Assembly (NCBI GenBank): GCA_963924565.1
Contig: OZ004611.1
Coordinates: 21,886,001 to 21,950,000, forward strand
DNA length: 64,000 nucleotides
Direction: 5' to 3'
DNA from: Ascidiella aspersa
Taxonomy: Eukaryota
Below the pieces are notes generated by a model. The model searched no databases, was not told the DNA's origin, and saw nothing but the letters and a program-made list of their open reading frames with translations. Below are positions 40,206 through 53,115 of this stretch, piece by piece. Within the stretch, counting starts at the first letter, position 1; every line of letters begins with the position of its first letter. Position numbers and translations under genes: made by a program.

Positions 40206-42145
40206 ACTGTTCACATATATATATATATACTTTGCAAATTTGTTAGGTAGGTTACATAGTTGAGTTAAAAGCTGTATAACAGGTTACACGAAAGAGGTTG
40301 TGAATCCAATTTTACCCCATAACTCACATAGGGTAATAGTTTAAGACATCATGCCAACCGCAATATTGTGCAAGGACTGCAACAAAAAAAATATTTTTCG
40401 CTGGCCTATCGTTGATATAAACATAGCGTATTTAATCGAATGAGATATCGCCGGTTTAGAAAGCGGCTTAAAAGATAGATTTAGAAGCAACATACTACTA
40501 TACCTCTCGCTAAAAACATGCCAAACGCAAGAAGGTTCCACTTAGTTAAAATCGAAGTAAAAAACATGCATTAAAAGTCTTTGTAGTCCTGGTTTCAACA
40601 TGTTATCCACAGAAAAATCTCCCAACTTAAACTTAAATAATAACCTAAAATATGGACATAATATGCGCTTAAAATCTGTAGGATTTATATTGTGGTTAAA
40701 AAGGTAAAACATGGAGATAAACGTTGTTGATAAACTCTAGTGTTACAATAACTACATGTCTCAAAACCTTTTCACTCATTTTTCACGTTAAACATTTTTA
40801 TACATAGGCTACGAAATGATTAATTATCTTATAGCTGGGATGCAATGCAAGCCGCCCTACAGCCAAGTGGGCTGCGCTGTAATATATTTGCTTCGTTTGC
40901 TGTCTTGTGATATAAGTGTGGCTTGCTAAACTAACGCTGAAGAACGGAATCGATAACACACCCACGGATTTCCGTTTTCGTTATGAGGCCCATTTCAGTA
41001 AGACTGCGAAATGCCATCTCCAGCACAAGACGTCATGTTTAAAAAAAACATAAAACCCCCTTACTTGTAGCCGAGTAACAGACAATGAACGTCAAAGCCA
41101 AAAAGGTCTAACAAATCGACGTTATTCTAATAAAGACGTTTCGATATTCACTTGTAACGTCATCAGTTGATAAGTCACAAAATGTAACATTTAACCGATG
41201 CTAAGTGGGTATTGAAACGCCTTAATTAGGGTAATGTTTTGGACTTTGACATTTATTTTCAGGCTACATTACATATCCTTCCATAGTGTACCTATATGTA
41301 ACAGACAAACTAATTGAAGGCCAAAATTTTTAATTGGGTCTAATATAGAAATTTTATGACTAAACCATTTCCAAAAAAGGTCAATAACGCTTTCCTTGAA
41401 TTGATGCGCATAGAAATAAAGAAAAATGCATTTTGTCAAACCAGCTATTGTTCCAGCAGTTTCTTTTATGACGAATATACCGTTTTCGGGGCTCTTCACG
41501 CGCCATATTGGTTCCGAAGGCGAATCTTATGGCAACGAATAGGCGACTGACCATTTACACGCGTAATGACAACATCGATAGACTACCAAAATTCAGTTTC
41601 GTATGATTTTTATAGCACAAGTAAGTAGCGACTGTACGTGACGAAACATCAACAAACAACTGTCCATTTTCTACCACTTTGAGTTCACCTGGTTTAACTT
41701 ATGGATAGCAACTTTCCAGGGCGGAACACAGAAATCCATCGAATATAGTTTATTAAATTTGGCTTAAATAAAACGAAATAAAAGCGTAAGGAAGTGTAGT
41801 TCACTTAGACAAGTGACTGCAAACCATTGTATATTAGACAAGTGACTGAAAACCACTGTACATTTTGTAATAATGAACGGTGCTGAGGTATATTTAGGAT
41901 TTAAATTAATCTCTATTGTTAAGTTTCTGGATACATTAGATTGTATATTAATAGAGGACAATAAATCAAGAAATTTAGACAGTGTGCGTTGTTCCAATTT
42001 CGGATATTGCTTAAATGCTTGAAGTAAACGACTTTAGGCGAAAATACTTAGGGTCAAAATGTAATTGTGTCACAATTGTTGTATCTTTTCTCTCGATGCT
42101 GTACATAAAAATACCGCTAACGTAAGCCTTGGAAACAACAAACAG

Positions 42146-45100
42146 TCAATCAGACGATGGCGGTATGCCTATATCTGCTCCAGGCCTCTTGCAAAGGCAG
42201 GTAGCGATTTCGCGCCAGTACTCGAACGACAGCAGGATACAGCCAAGCGCCACGCAGGTGGTGACGTCATAGATTGCGATGATGGCGTGTCGCGTGACGG
42301 TCCTCGGCAGAAGCAAGGTGGTCAGTACGGTGACCAGCAGGTGGTTGAGCGCACACGAGACAGCGAGCACCGTAGAACGCTTGAGAATGCGTAAAATGCG
42401 GCCGGAGTTGGTTCCACCAAGCTGAAAGCGTAGCGGGAAGATAAAAAGGAAGATTAGAAGGACCTCCATCAGGAGCATGGATCCGGATGCGAGGAATAGC
42501 GGCCAGTAGTCGCTGTACCGGCGTTCGGCGGCCACGCAACCCTTTGTAGAGCTTGAGAAGTTGGCAGGGATTATGTAGGCGGTACAGCAAACCAGTCCAC
42601 TGATGGCTAGTAGAACAAGGGTTGCCCATTTGACTGCCACCAACCACTTTGAGATGGCTCGCAGCTCGGCGATGTACTGGTACAGGTAGTGCTGCTTGAG
42701 CCACAGTAGCAGGTAGAAGCACACGAGGATCAGGGCAAGTGTCGCGGTTGATACGTCGATCGACACTTCGCAGCTTGTGGACGTTTTGTCGCCGTAACCA
42801 GCATTGAACGCCACCTGCATAGTTGTCATAGGTGATATTTGAGATTCCTTTTTTATCTTATAGTTTAATATTATTCGAAAACAGTAGAATCAAGCCCAAT
42901 ATATGGACTGCATTAAACAAATTAATTCTATTGTGTATTTTTCAAACAAATTTCGATCTCTTATCCATTTTCAGGGAAATTGCAGTTATCCTCAATTTTA
43001 AAATAATGTTTTTTGCGTATATTATGACAAATTTTTATTATGTAAGAAAGCTTCGTTCATTGTTTAGATTCGTTCATTGTTTAGATTTTTAGCAAAGTTT
43101 ATTATCTTTTACTTTAAATCTTTGGTTTTGTTGAAAATGTACCGGTATAACTTTTGTTCGATTCACAAAGATCTTCAAGTTGAAACACTACAAGATTCAT
43201 TTTTTATGCAAAAATATCAATATTTAAAAACAATGTTATGTTAATTTAAAACGGCGATGTAGTTTGTATGGTCTAAAGCAGGGGTGTCCAACTCAAACAT
43301 GCCGGCGTGCCAATTTTTATCTTATAACTTCTTCCCGTGCCAAAGTTTCGTAACCGAACCAATTCTTTTTAATCATAAAAGCGCTTTTTTACCAAAAATA
43401 AGAACGTTTATTTAAACTTGAAAAACAAACTGTCTATTTAGACCAGGGGTGGGCAATTATTTTTAGCCGCGGGCCGCATGAGAAACCTAAAATATTGAGG
43501 CGGGCCGGGTCAAATATAGGATCTAAAATACATACAATATAACGTCATACTCTGACGATGTAAAACAAATAATCAACCAATGTGTTATTACGTTTGGAGT
43601 TGTGCGAAAATGTACAATTTAAGTCGGATTTAAAGAAGATCACGAAACGTCGCGCGAAGCGCGAAAAATTTGCGACTATGTTTGTTTGAAAATGCAAACT
43701 TTAATTTAGATTTAGATGGTACGCGAAGCATTGAGCACCGTCTAAAAATGTATATTGCTTGATATATTAACGTTTATTAAGTTGTGGGGCGCGTTGACCC
43801 AAAACTTAAGATTAAAATACGTGAAAATGTCGTACGAAAAACTTACCTATATGTTTTTTCTTCCTTTTCAAAACTTTAAGTTACCGATGTGTTACAAAGT
43901 TTAACAAACTTAGCCTAATATTTATATATATTTTAAATATCAGGCTAAGTTTGTTAAACTTTCGTTGGAGAGAGTGCCACTGAGCAGAGGACGCTATTTT
44001 TTCGTAAAGATGCAAAAAAAATCGCGTGAAACGCACGAGAAAGACATAAGAGATTCGCGCGAAACGCGAAAAGAATTTCCGTTTTAGCATTTAGAACAGG
44101 CTAAAAATCGAATTTGGCGGGGTCTTGACAAGATCTGTCAACTTGCCCTGGTTTCCGCTTAGCCTATGTATTTTATTGAAAATAAGCCGCGGGCCGATTT
44201 AGACTCTAGTAGAAATGCGCATCACTACATCAAAGTGTCTCTCGGTGAGCTGACTTCTTGTTTCTTCACACCAAGCTATATAATATTATGTGAATGCTAG
44301 CCTCCACACAGTATAATGTTACTTTATCAAAAGTAACAATGACAATTGGCTTTATAACAAACTTTTAGTATTTTCTGACAATTGGCTGAATAACAAATTG
44401 AGCTTTTTTGGCAATTGGCTAAATAACAATTTTAGTATTTTTTGGGGAGGGCTTGCGTGCCATTTTTTATTAGGTCGCCGCTTGGTGGACACCCCTGGTC
44501 TAAGGCTAAGCTATGGTAATACAGCTAAAATATGTTCGGTTTGTAAAATATAACACAAATGGTCAGAAACAAACAATTGCCAAATCGTGCTTTTGCTCAT
44601 GTTTTCCTTTCATAGTTTTTCTTTGTTTTTGACATGCATTGTTTTAAAAGCGTTTGATGTCTTCCCCCTGAAGGAAGCGACCTGAATTGGTCGCACAAAC
44701 GTTGGTTGACAGCTATATCAGCATAATGTCTATTTATTATTAAGACAGCACCAATAGTTCAGGTTGTGCCACACAAACAAAAAACGCGACACACTCTTTA
44801 TACAACCAACATTATAACTTGATTATAACTTGAATTACTCATAATACACGACAAAGCAATATATAATCAATAATGATCCTAATAGTAATACATTCAGTTA
44901 CTGTAGTGGTTTGCAATTTTTTTCGCCTTTGGAAAAGTTTGTCGACTTGCGACGAGCCCAACAATTTTCTCTTATTTTTATTTTGTTAATTCATATGTTA
45001 TTTCAGAAAATCATAATCAACTTGTTCAGTTTGTTTCGCACAGATAAACTACAATGCAATCGTTATGGAATAGTACCTTTAGCATTTTATTACCACAATG

Positions 45101-46727
45101 AAAACAAATCATTGTGGGAAACACAATCATTGTGGGTCGCCCCTAAAAAATAAATCGACGCACCAGGGCGTCGTGGCGCACAGTTTAAGAACCACTTATA
45201 GTTAACTGGTGGATAGCCTCTAGTAAGTGATGGATAGCCTCTTAGGAATTGATATATAACCTTCTATAGCAGTGGTTACCAAACTTTTTCGAAATTTTGC
45301 CTGGTGGACTTTTTGCAATTGTTTTCCACGTTTCTTGTAGTATAGTAGTTCAATCACGATTCTTTCTAATGTAACAACTTTCTAACTAATGCGAATGATT
45401 CGCTAATAGCAGGTAGTATGGCATAATACAGGGGTCGGCAACCTTTTTCTAGTCGAGGGTCAAAAACAACCTCAGAAGGTCTTTGCGGGCCGCACATAAT
45501 CTTAACTAAGAATTGTGTTATTAAAGTGTTATAACAACTGTTGATCTAGCGAGCCTCGGATTGTTTTGCGCTTAAAAACATGTTTAATAATATTTGAGGA
45601 TGCATTAAAGTGTTAATGCAAAGCGTGAAAAAAGCGTTTGTTTGGTTTGAGTTCACACGTCGTCATACATACTACTAATGAAAAGTGTAATAAAACTACT
45701 TTGAGGAAACGCGATAACTTCAATGGGTAAACTTGTTTAGTGTTTGTTAAGTTCGGTCGCACCTGGCTAGCGAAGCGAGCGCGTTTTTTTGGTATACTGG
45801 CATTTTCTTCATTTCTTACATGTTTTTATTACATTGCTGATAAGAGTGAAATGTTAAAAAATATATGTGCAATATTTTTGAATACGTTTCCGTTTGTCCG
45901 CGCCGCCCTTATCTGTCAAGCTTTCACGGGGCAACGGTAAAGAAGCGTTAACCTATAGTTTAAAAGATAGCTTCAAAACTAAACAAAGGGGACGTAGTAT
46001 GACCATTTGCGCGAAGCGCTAAAATTTTTCGCACTAAGGTAGTTAAAATTGTCAAAAAGTATGTGAAATGGACTCGTATCTAGTTTTCCTAAGAGGCGGC
46101 GGGCCGTAGGTTGCCGACCCCTGGCATAATATATGCTTTATGATGTCACAAGAGACATAATAAAACACGCTATGTTATCGAATAATAAGGCATAACTAAA
46201 AACTAATAATGATGACAGATAATGTTTAAAACTTAGTCTAACCCTAATGTTTAGAAACATTAATCGCTAAAGCCTAATGTTTAGAAACATTAATCGCTAA
46301 AGCCTAATGTTACAAAACTAGACTAATTCTTATTGCAAACCCTCTGAAACTGCTGTACGGACCCCAGTTGGTACGCGGACCCAGTTGGTACGCGGATTTC
46401 CAGTTTGGGAACCACTGTTCTATAGCGTATTTTTCAAAATTACAAAGGGTGTACCTGGTTGTCGACAAAGTGTATCAGCGCGAAGAACACGGCCGCCATC
46501 GCAACACTGTAGATGGGCCCGCTGTTCAGGTCGGCAATGTTCTTTCCCGTTCGTCTTTTCCATTTGCGAGTTCGCACCCCGTACACCACAAGGCTGACCC
46601 CGAGCCAAATCACAAGCAGGGTGGCTGCTGTTGTGAAGGCCTCAGCAGCGATCCACTCGGCTTGCGTGAAGCGGTTAATGCTGATTTCCGACTGGTTAGG
46701 CGTTGCTGATTCGCTCTCGTTGATCAT
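42146..46727 (-). CDS. 7TM family locus 7, two coding exons (46727-46455 and 42814-42146; 313 aa)
   Basis: N-terminal part MINESESATPNQSEISINRFTQAEW...VDNQ joins VAFNAGY... across a 3640-bp phase-0 intron AAC CAG|gtacac...atgcag|GTG GCG. Confidence 0.85.
43279..44497. mobile_element. hAT MITE containing a nested hAT MITE (43444-44196)
   Basis: Outer TIR CAGGGGTGTCCA / TGGACACCCCTG with TSD GTCTAAAG/GTCTAAGG. Inner left TIR CAGGGGTGGGCAA is flanked by ATTTAGAC, which recurs at 44197-44204; the inner right TIR is missing. Confidence 0.8.
45270..46417. mobile_element. hAT MITE (outer element of a second nested pair)
   Basis: TIR CAGTGGTTACCAAACT / AGTTTGGGAACCACTG, perfect TSD TTCTATAG. Confidence 0.88.
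45429..46123. mobile_element. hAT MITE nested inside 45270-46417
   Basis: Perfect 16-bp TIR CAGGGGTCGGCAACCT and perfect TSD GCATAATA. Confidence 0.92.
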
Positions 46728-46935
46728 GTCTTTCGCTTCGCTCGGCTCGGTTCTGTGGCGAAAATAGACCAATACCCTTACGCAAGACGAACAGATGTTA
46801 TGAATTACAGTAAAATAATAATAAATAATTGGTCGAAAATTAAGTCGATGTTCATATGCATGAATTTAAAAATACAAAAAAAAACAAAGCTTAATAGACG
46901 ATTTTCAGAAGAAGTCTAGACGATTTTCTATAGTG

Positions 46936-47266
46936 CAGGCGTGTCCAACATGAGGCACGTGAGCCAAATGTGGCACGCAACCTAATAAAAAATGGCAAGC
47001 CAGCCTGCAAGAAATACAGCCGATTGTCAAAAAAGCTAAATTTGTTATACAGCTAAATGTCATTGTTTATTCACAATACAAAACAATCCCAACAATTACG
47101 ACAACAAACAATTACTTCTGATAATTATTAGAACACTATATACTGTTTTTATTTTTTGTATAAAAGCGCTTTAATTATTAGAAAAAAAATAGTTGCTGAA
47201 CTTTGTCATTTGAAGAAGTTATAAGATAAAATTGGCACGTCGGCATGTTTGAGTTGGACATCCCTG
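46936..47266. mobile_element. hAT MITE, same family as 43279-44497 in opposite orientation
   Basis: TIR CAGGCGTGTCCAAC / GTTGGACATCCCTG, TSD CTATAGTG/CTCTAGTG. Its right end is the reverse complement of the left end of the 43279 element. Confidence 0.82.
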
Positions 47267-47431
47267 CTCTAGTGGATATCGTCAATTTACTAACTTGATT
47301 TTAAGGATCGGCACCTCTTGGGGTCGTATAAGTAACACCAAGACTCTCATAAAATGTTACTGATCCACAGTCCCGGCTGGCCAACCCCAAAGAGTCCTTT
47401 TTAATCAGACTTAACAAAAAAATATACAAAA

Positions 47432-47650
47432 TATACTTTATCATCTTACCTGCTCTGGTTGGAACAGTGGTATAAACCTAATATCCATACAAGCTTGCTG
47501 TTTCTAACAGAGCAAACACAAAATATTCAGGTTAAAATAGTATAATGAGGAGGCCTTTCCACCTTTGTTTTACATGAGACGGTGTCTCCACGTAACTTCC
47601 GAAACGTAACGGCGATTCATGTTTGCCAATGAGAGATTCTCAGGAAATTC
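47432..47650 (-). promoter_or_regulatory. Candidate promoter plus non-coding first exon of locus 7 (donor at 47449)
   Basis: Alignable with 56881-57102 upstream of locus 9. Both end in a minus-strand CAG|GTAAGAT donor and share the identical 22-mer cacgtaacttccgaaacgtaac and tgtttgccaatgag. Confidence 0.6.
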
Positions 47651-49658
47651 GCGTGTATTCTCAGGAAATTCGCGTGTCTTATTTCAGCCTTGCAAAAAAA
47701 AAACACTGCGACATTTCTAGATAAATCACCAACAACACTCAGAAAATGTGCCACATTTTTTATCTATAAGCAATTAAGCATATTAACCTGTCTTCTGGGC
47801 TTTGTCGTTCTCAAATTTAAAAAATCGAATTTTGCAGAAAAAGTCAAAACGTTACTCCTGGCTGATTTCACGGACTTCAGTTTAGTCCTAAACACCTTTC
47901 ACTTTTTAAGTGTGCCACTATCTGTTATTCATGACATTTTTCGAATAATATTGCTTTTTTATTGATGAGATAAACATTTTTTTTATTACATTCCTTGATC
48001 CTCTGATTTTGCGGTTTTACAGACTTTCTAAAAATTTCCAGCCAAGTCCTGAAAAATGGAAATTGTAGTCCCTTGCAGTGGCTGATTAGAGGACAGAAGG
48101 TTTTTAATAGCTTTTGTAAAATGAAACCGGACATTTGTGTTTTGTATTTTTTAGCTTTAGTATTTTTTTTAATTATGCAATCACGAAAATGCCAATAATA
48201 TATTTACAAGTATATTAAATGGGTTTCGAGCGTATGGTTAATCTCCTTTTTCACTTTGGTGTATAAAGTTTGAACAGTATTGTTGTATGTTTAATTATAG
48301 TTGTGGCAGTTAAGCCAGTCAAAACACTGTTTTGATATTCGATTGATGACAATAGATGGTAACATAGGTTTAAAAAAGTTTTAAATATATAGGTTCATAA
48401 AATTGGGAGAGCCAACAAAGGACACGCGTAAATGATAAAATACCGCCTCGTTTCCGTTTGAGTAAATGGACGTTAATGGATGAGGTCATTAAGCATATCA
48501 CGCTATAGCCAAACCATAAACTCTAAACTCTAAAAAAACACGACGACCAGTTAGGCTTAGTCATACAAGGAAGTATAAGTAGTTTGCACAAAGCATTTAT
48601 AATGTTTGCTGTTTTAAAGTATCCATAATATACATAGGTGGACTTGACCCGTAGACTTTGTTGAGCCTTTATTTGTTTGTAACCCATATATTTTAATACA
48701 TTCAGACAAATTCGGACACAATTAACGCAACACGGCTATCGCCGTGTATAAGTTTAGTTTAGGTCGTTTACAACAGTTTTTTTTCGTTAATCAGCCTTGA
48801 TAAATCCAATTTTGTTTGACGGGTCGTTTGTAATTCAATTATGTTTCCACTAACATGCTTCCGTATCAACAACAGGGAAACTGAAGATTTGTAAACAGTG
48901 ACGTAGAGTATATCAACAGCGTTAATTAAACGTACATCGTGAAAAGCTTTATTTATTAAACGGCGGTCTTAAAATCGTTGGTATGTGTTGTTCTTATGTT
49001 ATTTTCAATCTTGTTGTTTCCCACTTCCGTATCACTTGTCAGCTCTTCACTTCTGCGCCTCACCTTTCACGTTTTATGTTTCATCTTTCTGGTGACGCCT
49101 TATCATATATGTTCATTCGGCACTGGTACCATTTCAAAATTATCGAAGTCATGTTTCAGGAATTAAGAATCACTTTAGATTTTTACAACTTTACGTTCGA
49201 ACACGCTTTAAACCCCTCTTTTTTACACATTTTGTGGATTTGCTTCTGTGTTTGTCTTATAGACGCCTCGTTTATCGATTGTCATCCGACTGGCCGTGAA
49301 GTAGAGGCCCAAGTTTTGGCATTATAAAGTAAGGTGTGATCGGACATAATATAGTGGTACGGCGACAAAGTTAACAAAAACAGCTACATTATATTTGGTA
49401 ATTTGATCTGAGTAATAAAATAAAGCATATCGTATTGTGTATACGGCTGCCTTTTTAGGCCGTATACAACGGATTTTTGTATTTTCATAAACATAATAAA
49501 AAAAACATAATAAGAACATCAAAGCCCATACAAAAGTAGGTATCATTTTAAACGTTTCGAATAACTATGAATTTGTTTTCAACATAGTCATGAATAAAAA
49601 CAAATACCACAAGCAAAGGAACCACCGTTCAAACTTGAACTGGTTGTATCGTAAATGT

Positions 49659-50645
49659 TTAAGTTGGCGTATTGCAATTAACGCTGTCGCTCGTTCCGAC
49701 AGACAGGGGCGTCGCCTTGCTGTTTTTCGCTCTGCTCGCGCAGAGGCACGTCGTGATCTTTCTCCAAGACTCGAAAGACAGCAAAATCAAAGCCGTGTTA
49801 ACGATCAGGTTCAAGTTAAACACGGTGAGGCTGATATGGCGTGTGTCTTGTTTGGGGATAGCGGCTGACACTACGATAACCGTTAGAAAGCCGCTAAGCG
49901 TAGTGGCGACCGTTATGGCAGTGGATCGCTTCAGTACGCGCATTATCTTGCCCGAGTTGGCGCCGTGTAGCTGAAAACGCAGCGGGTAGAGGAAGAGAAA
50001 TATGAGAAGCGCCTGTCCAAAGAACAACACGCCGAAGGCCAGGTATAGCGACCAGTAGGCACCCGTTCTCAGCCTGGCGGGATCGCCAACGCAGCCTCTT
50101 GTTGAACTGACATAATATGAGGGAAACGTGTACGTTACGCTACCCGCCATTCCGCCAAAAGCGACCAGCGCGAGCGTGAACCATTTAAGACACTTGGTCC
50201 AGGTCCGAAGCCTGTGTATGGCCGCAATCTGTACGTAAAGAAAGTGTAGCCTGAACCAGAGCAGCACGTACAAGAAGATGACCGCTGTCGTGCAAAAAAC
50301 CACCGACAGGTCTAACGCCAAGTCACAAGTGTTGTCTGGCTGGTTGTGGTAACCGTAATTGAACACCACCTGGTCGGCGACCAGAAAACCAAAAGCGAAC
50401 ACCAACGCGACCAGCATGCAGTTGTACTCCGCGCCCTTGTTGATTTTCCAAGGGCGTCTTTCACCTGCAGTTGTCTTCCACTTTCCTGTGCGAATCCCAT
50501 AAACTACAAACGAGGCTCCGATCCACAGCAACATAAGGACTGTGGTGATATTGACCAGTTCTGCTACGATCCACTGTGGCTGCGTGAAACGGTTTACTGG
50601 TTCTGTTGACTCAACGACAGAGACGTTTACGGAAGTATTTATCAT
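49659..50645 (-). CDS. 7TM family locus 8 (328 aa from ATG 50645, intronless CDS)
   Basis: The ORF-track start is TTG; the first ATG is 50645 (MINTSVNVS, two sequons). Motifs NRFTQPQWI, TCD, LWFRL, STRGC, LFLYPLR, RVLKRS, NLNLIVN...SFESWR. Confidence 0.9.
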   Translation of the reverse strand: MINTSVNVSVVESTEPVNRFTQPQWIVAELVNITTVLMLLWIGASFVVYGIRTGKWKTTAGERRPWKINKGAEYNCMLVALVFAFGFLVADQVVFNYGYHNQPDNTCDLALDLSVVFCTTAVIFLYVLLWFRLHFLYVQIAAIHRLRTWTKCLKWFTLALVAFGGMAGSVTYTFPSYYVSSTRGCVGDPARLRTGAYWSLYLAFGVLFFGQALLIFLFLYPLRFQLHGANSGKIMRVLKRSTAITVATTLSGFLTVIVVSAAIPKQDTRHISLTVFNLNLIVNTALILLSFESWRKITTCLCASRAKNSKATPLSVGTSDSVNCNTPT

Positions 50646-52713
50646 GTCGTACAATTATACCACTAAAAGTAAAAAAACTTCGATTTATATAATTTCGGAA
50701 ATAGGTACTTCTACATAGTTTGGTCATAAGTGTTTTGTATGATTATACCTTCGTTACTAAATTCTGTGCTTCTTGAATGAAGGTTCAAATTCCCTAAACG
50801 TTATTTTATCGTTTGGAGAGGTTGCGAAATATATTAAAATCCATAAATATTTCTATAAGCGCCACTTCATCGCCAAATCAATGATTTCAGTTGAAAACTG
50901 TTTGGAAAAATTGCCTGTACCTAAAACGTTTTAGTAATTTTTTAATGATTGGCTTTAATAAGCTGACTTTAACTTGTGTTTATCCATTCAAACCAAAGTT
51001 TCATAATAACATAATGTTACAATGTGCAGAAACACGAAATAGCGATATTGCATTAACATTTAGTTTAAATTTGCTTTTTTTACAGGGATTTTGTGAAAAG
51101 CCACTAGAAAAAAAAACGTTCAGGTAAAAGTGAATTAGGCACAAAATTTCCAAAAGTAATAAGCACTGTCTTTAAATTCTTTAACTTGCCTGTACACTGA
51201 GACACTTTATTTAATTTTGCACTAAACAAGATGGTTTTCGGTGCGTAATATTTTCAAAATGTACCTTTGTGTCTGACCCATAATATAACTAAAGCATTTT
51301 CCTAACTTTTGTTAAATCTGCAAGCTCTAAATAAAAGTTGGAAAGGTTTATATAGCTCAACATTCGGACCAAAATGAAAGCAACTCGAGTTTATTTTTAT
51401 TTACGTACGAACGCACTTGCGTCAAACTTCAGTTTCCTGAGCAAAACAACGCTTATTTGCGTGTGCTGACACCCCGAATACGTCTATAGCATTACGTTCA
51501 ATAGAAAATGAGTTATAGATGTCAGACGAGTTCTATATCCCGCGATAAAATATAAATATAATTAGCTTTTCAATTTAAACAAATAAATTGCACAACTTGC
51601 CGGCGCACAAAGAGATTAAATTTGACAATCATTTATGCTAAAAATAATAATGCAAAAAAAAATACAGAAAACTAACCAAAGACAACTTTAGGCATAACGC
51701 TCTACTGGCAATATAAACAAATACAACTGAAATTGGTAACATGAAAAAAAAAAACAGAAATCGAAGAACGGCAAGTGATGTGATTCGAGTTCTATTGCAC
51801 CACCTATTCATATTGAAGTGTCATATTAAAAAATCCCCTATAGCTAAAGTAGAAATATGATGAGGATAAAAACGTATTCGGTTAGGTGGAAATAAGGTCT
51901 GGTGAGGAAAGTCCCAATTGCGTATATGATGACAACGGGATTTAAGGTCATGAAGCAATTTCAACAAACTAAAAAGTTACGCGGTAATACACAATGTTAT
52001 CAAACCGTAGACTATATAGGCGGGGTTCTACGCAGCGACACATTTTACAACATAAGCTAAAGCGAAGAAACTTGTCCGAAAGTTGCACCTCATAATCGCG
52101 ATTTATAACACGTTCAGTGTGAATCAAACATAAAGATTTACGTTTTACTGCACTTTGCCCACCAAAAGCTACTTGTATTGTTTGGTTTCCTTGTGTAAAT
52201 GTCTTAGACGGTTCAGGAAAGTAGAAACGTGAAACACTAATCTTTTATACGAACCAACATCAGCGCTACACAAACAGTTGCCAAACTAAGAGCTCTAAGC
52301 TTGGAACATTTTAATCGATAAGAAACTACCTGATAAGTCGTACTGTAGGGTGAGAAACAATAATTTACCGTGCTGAAATTCGTTAGTAAATGCTCTAAGT
52401 TCGGAGTTCGAATATACATCAGAAATTGTAAAGAAAAGGGATTCTATGAGTGGATAAGTATGGCTCGCGTAGACCTTGTGAAGTTGGTTTAGTTGATAGC
52501 GAACCGTTTTGCCAAGTTTACCCTTTTTTATTTCGGTGACAGTTTTTTCACCTCGGCAAAATACCAAAGCAAAATTGTTTTCAAAGTTATAGCAAATGGC
52601 AAAAACCGTTCATGGGTTAGATAACAACTTGCAAAAAAGGTATGTTGCTTCGTTTATTTTCGATGAACAGTCAGCTTTACCGGGCCTTTTCGGATGAAGA
52701 ATGAAGTTCAAAC

Positions 52714-53113
52714 CAGAGTTGGACCAATTGTAATTTGTAATTGTAATTAATGTAATTAATTACAGTTTTAAATGTAATTGTAATTAAATGTAATTGTAAA
52801 TGTAATTGAGGCATTTCTATGTGTGTAATTCTAATTGTAATTGATATTTGCTAAAATTTTAGCTCAATACTTTGATATTGAGAAAATTAAAGTTTTAATA
52901 GTGTTCCACGTTGTTTATTTTCATTGGGAAGCGATGATACGTAAACTGTTTTCCATATTTCAGTAGCAATAGAAAACTTAGTAGATTGCAATTTTGTAAT
53001 TGTAGTTGATGTAATTAATTACAGTTTTTAATGTAATTGTAATGTAATTAAAACATTTAAGGGAGTAATTGTAATTGTAATTGAACTGAATTAATGCTAT
53101 TGATCCAACTTTG
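52714..53113. mobile_element. hAT-type MITE with internal (GTAATT)n arrays, inserted at the stop codon of locus 9
   Basis: TIR CAGAGTTGGACCAAT / ATTGATCCAACTTTG, perfect TSD GTTCAAAC (52706-52713 and 53114-53121). Confidence 0.85.
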
Positions 53114-53115
53114 GT

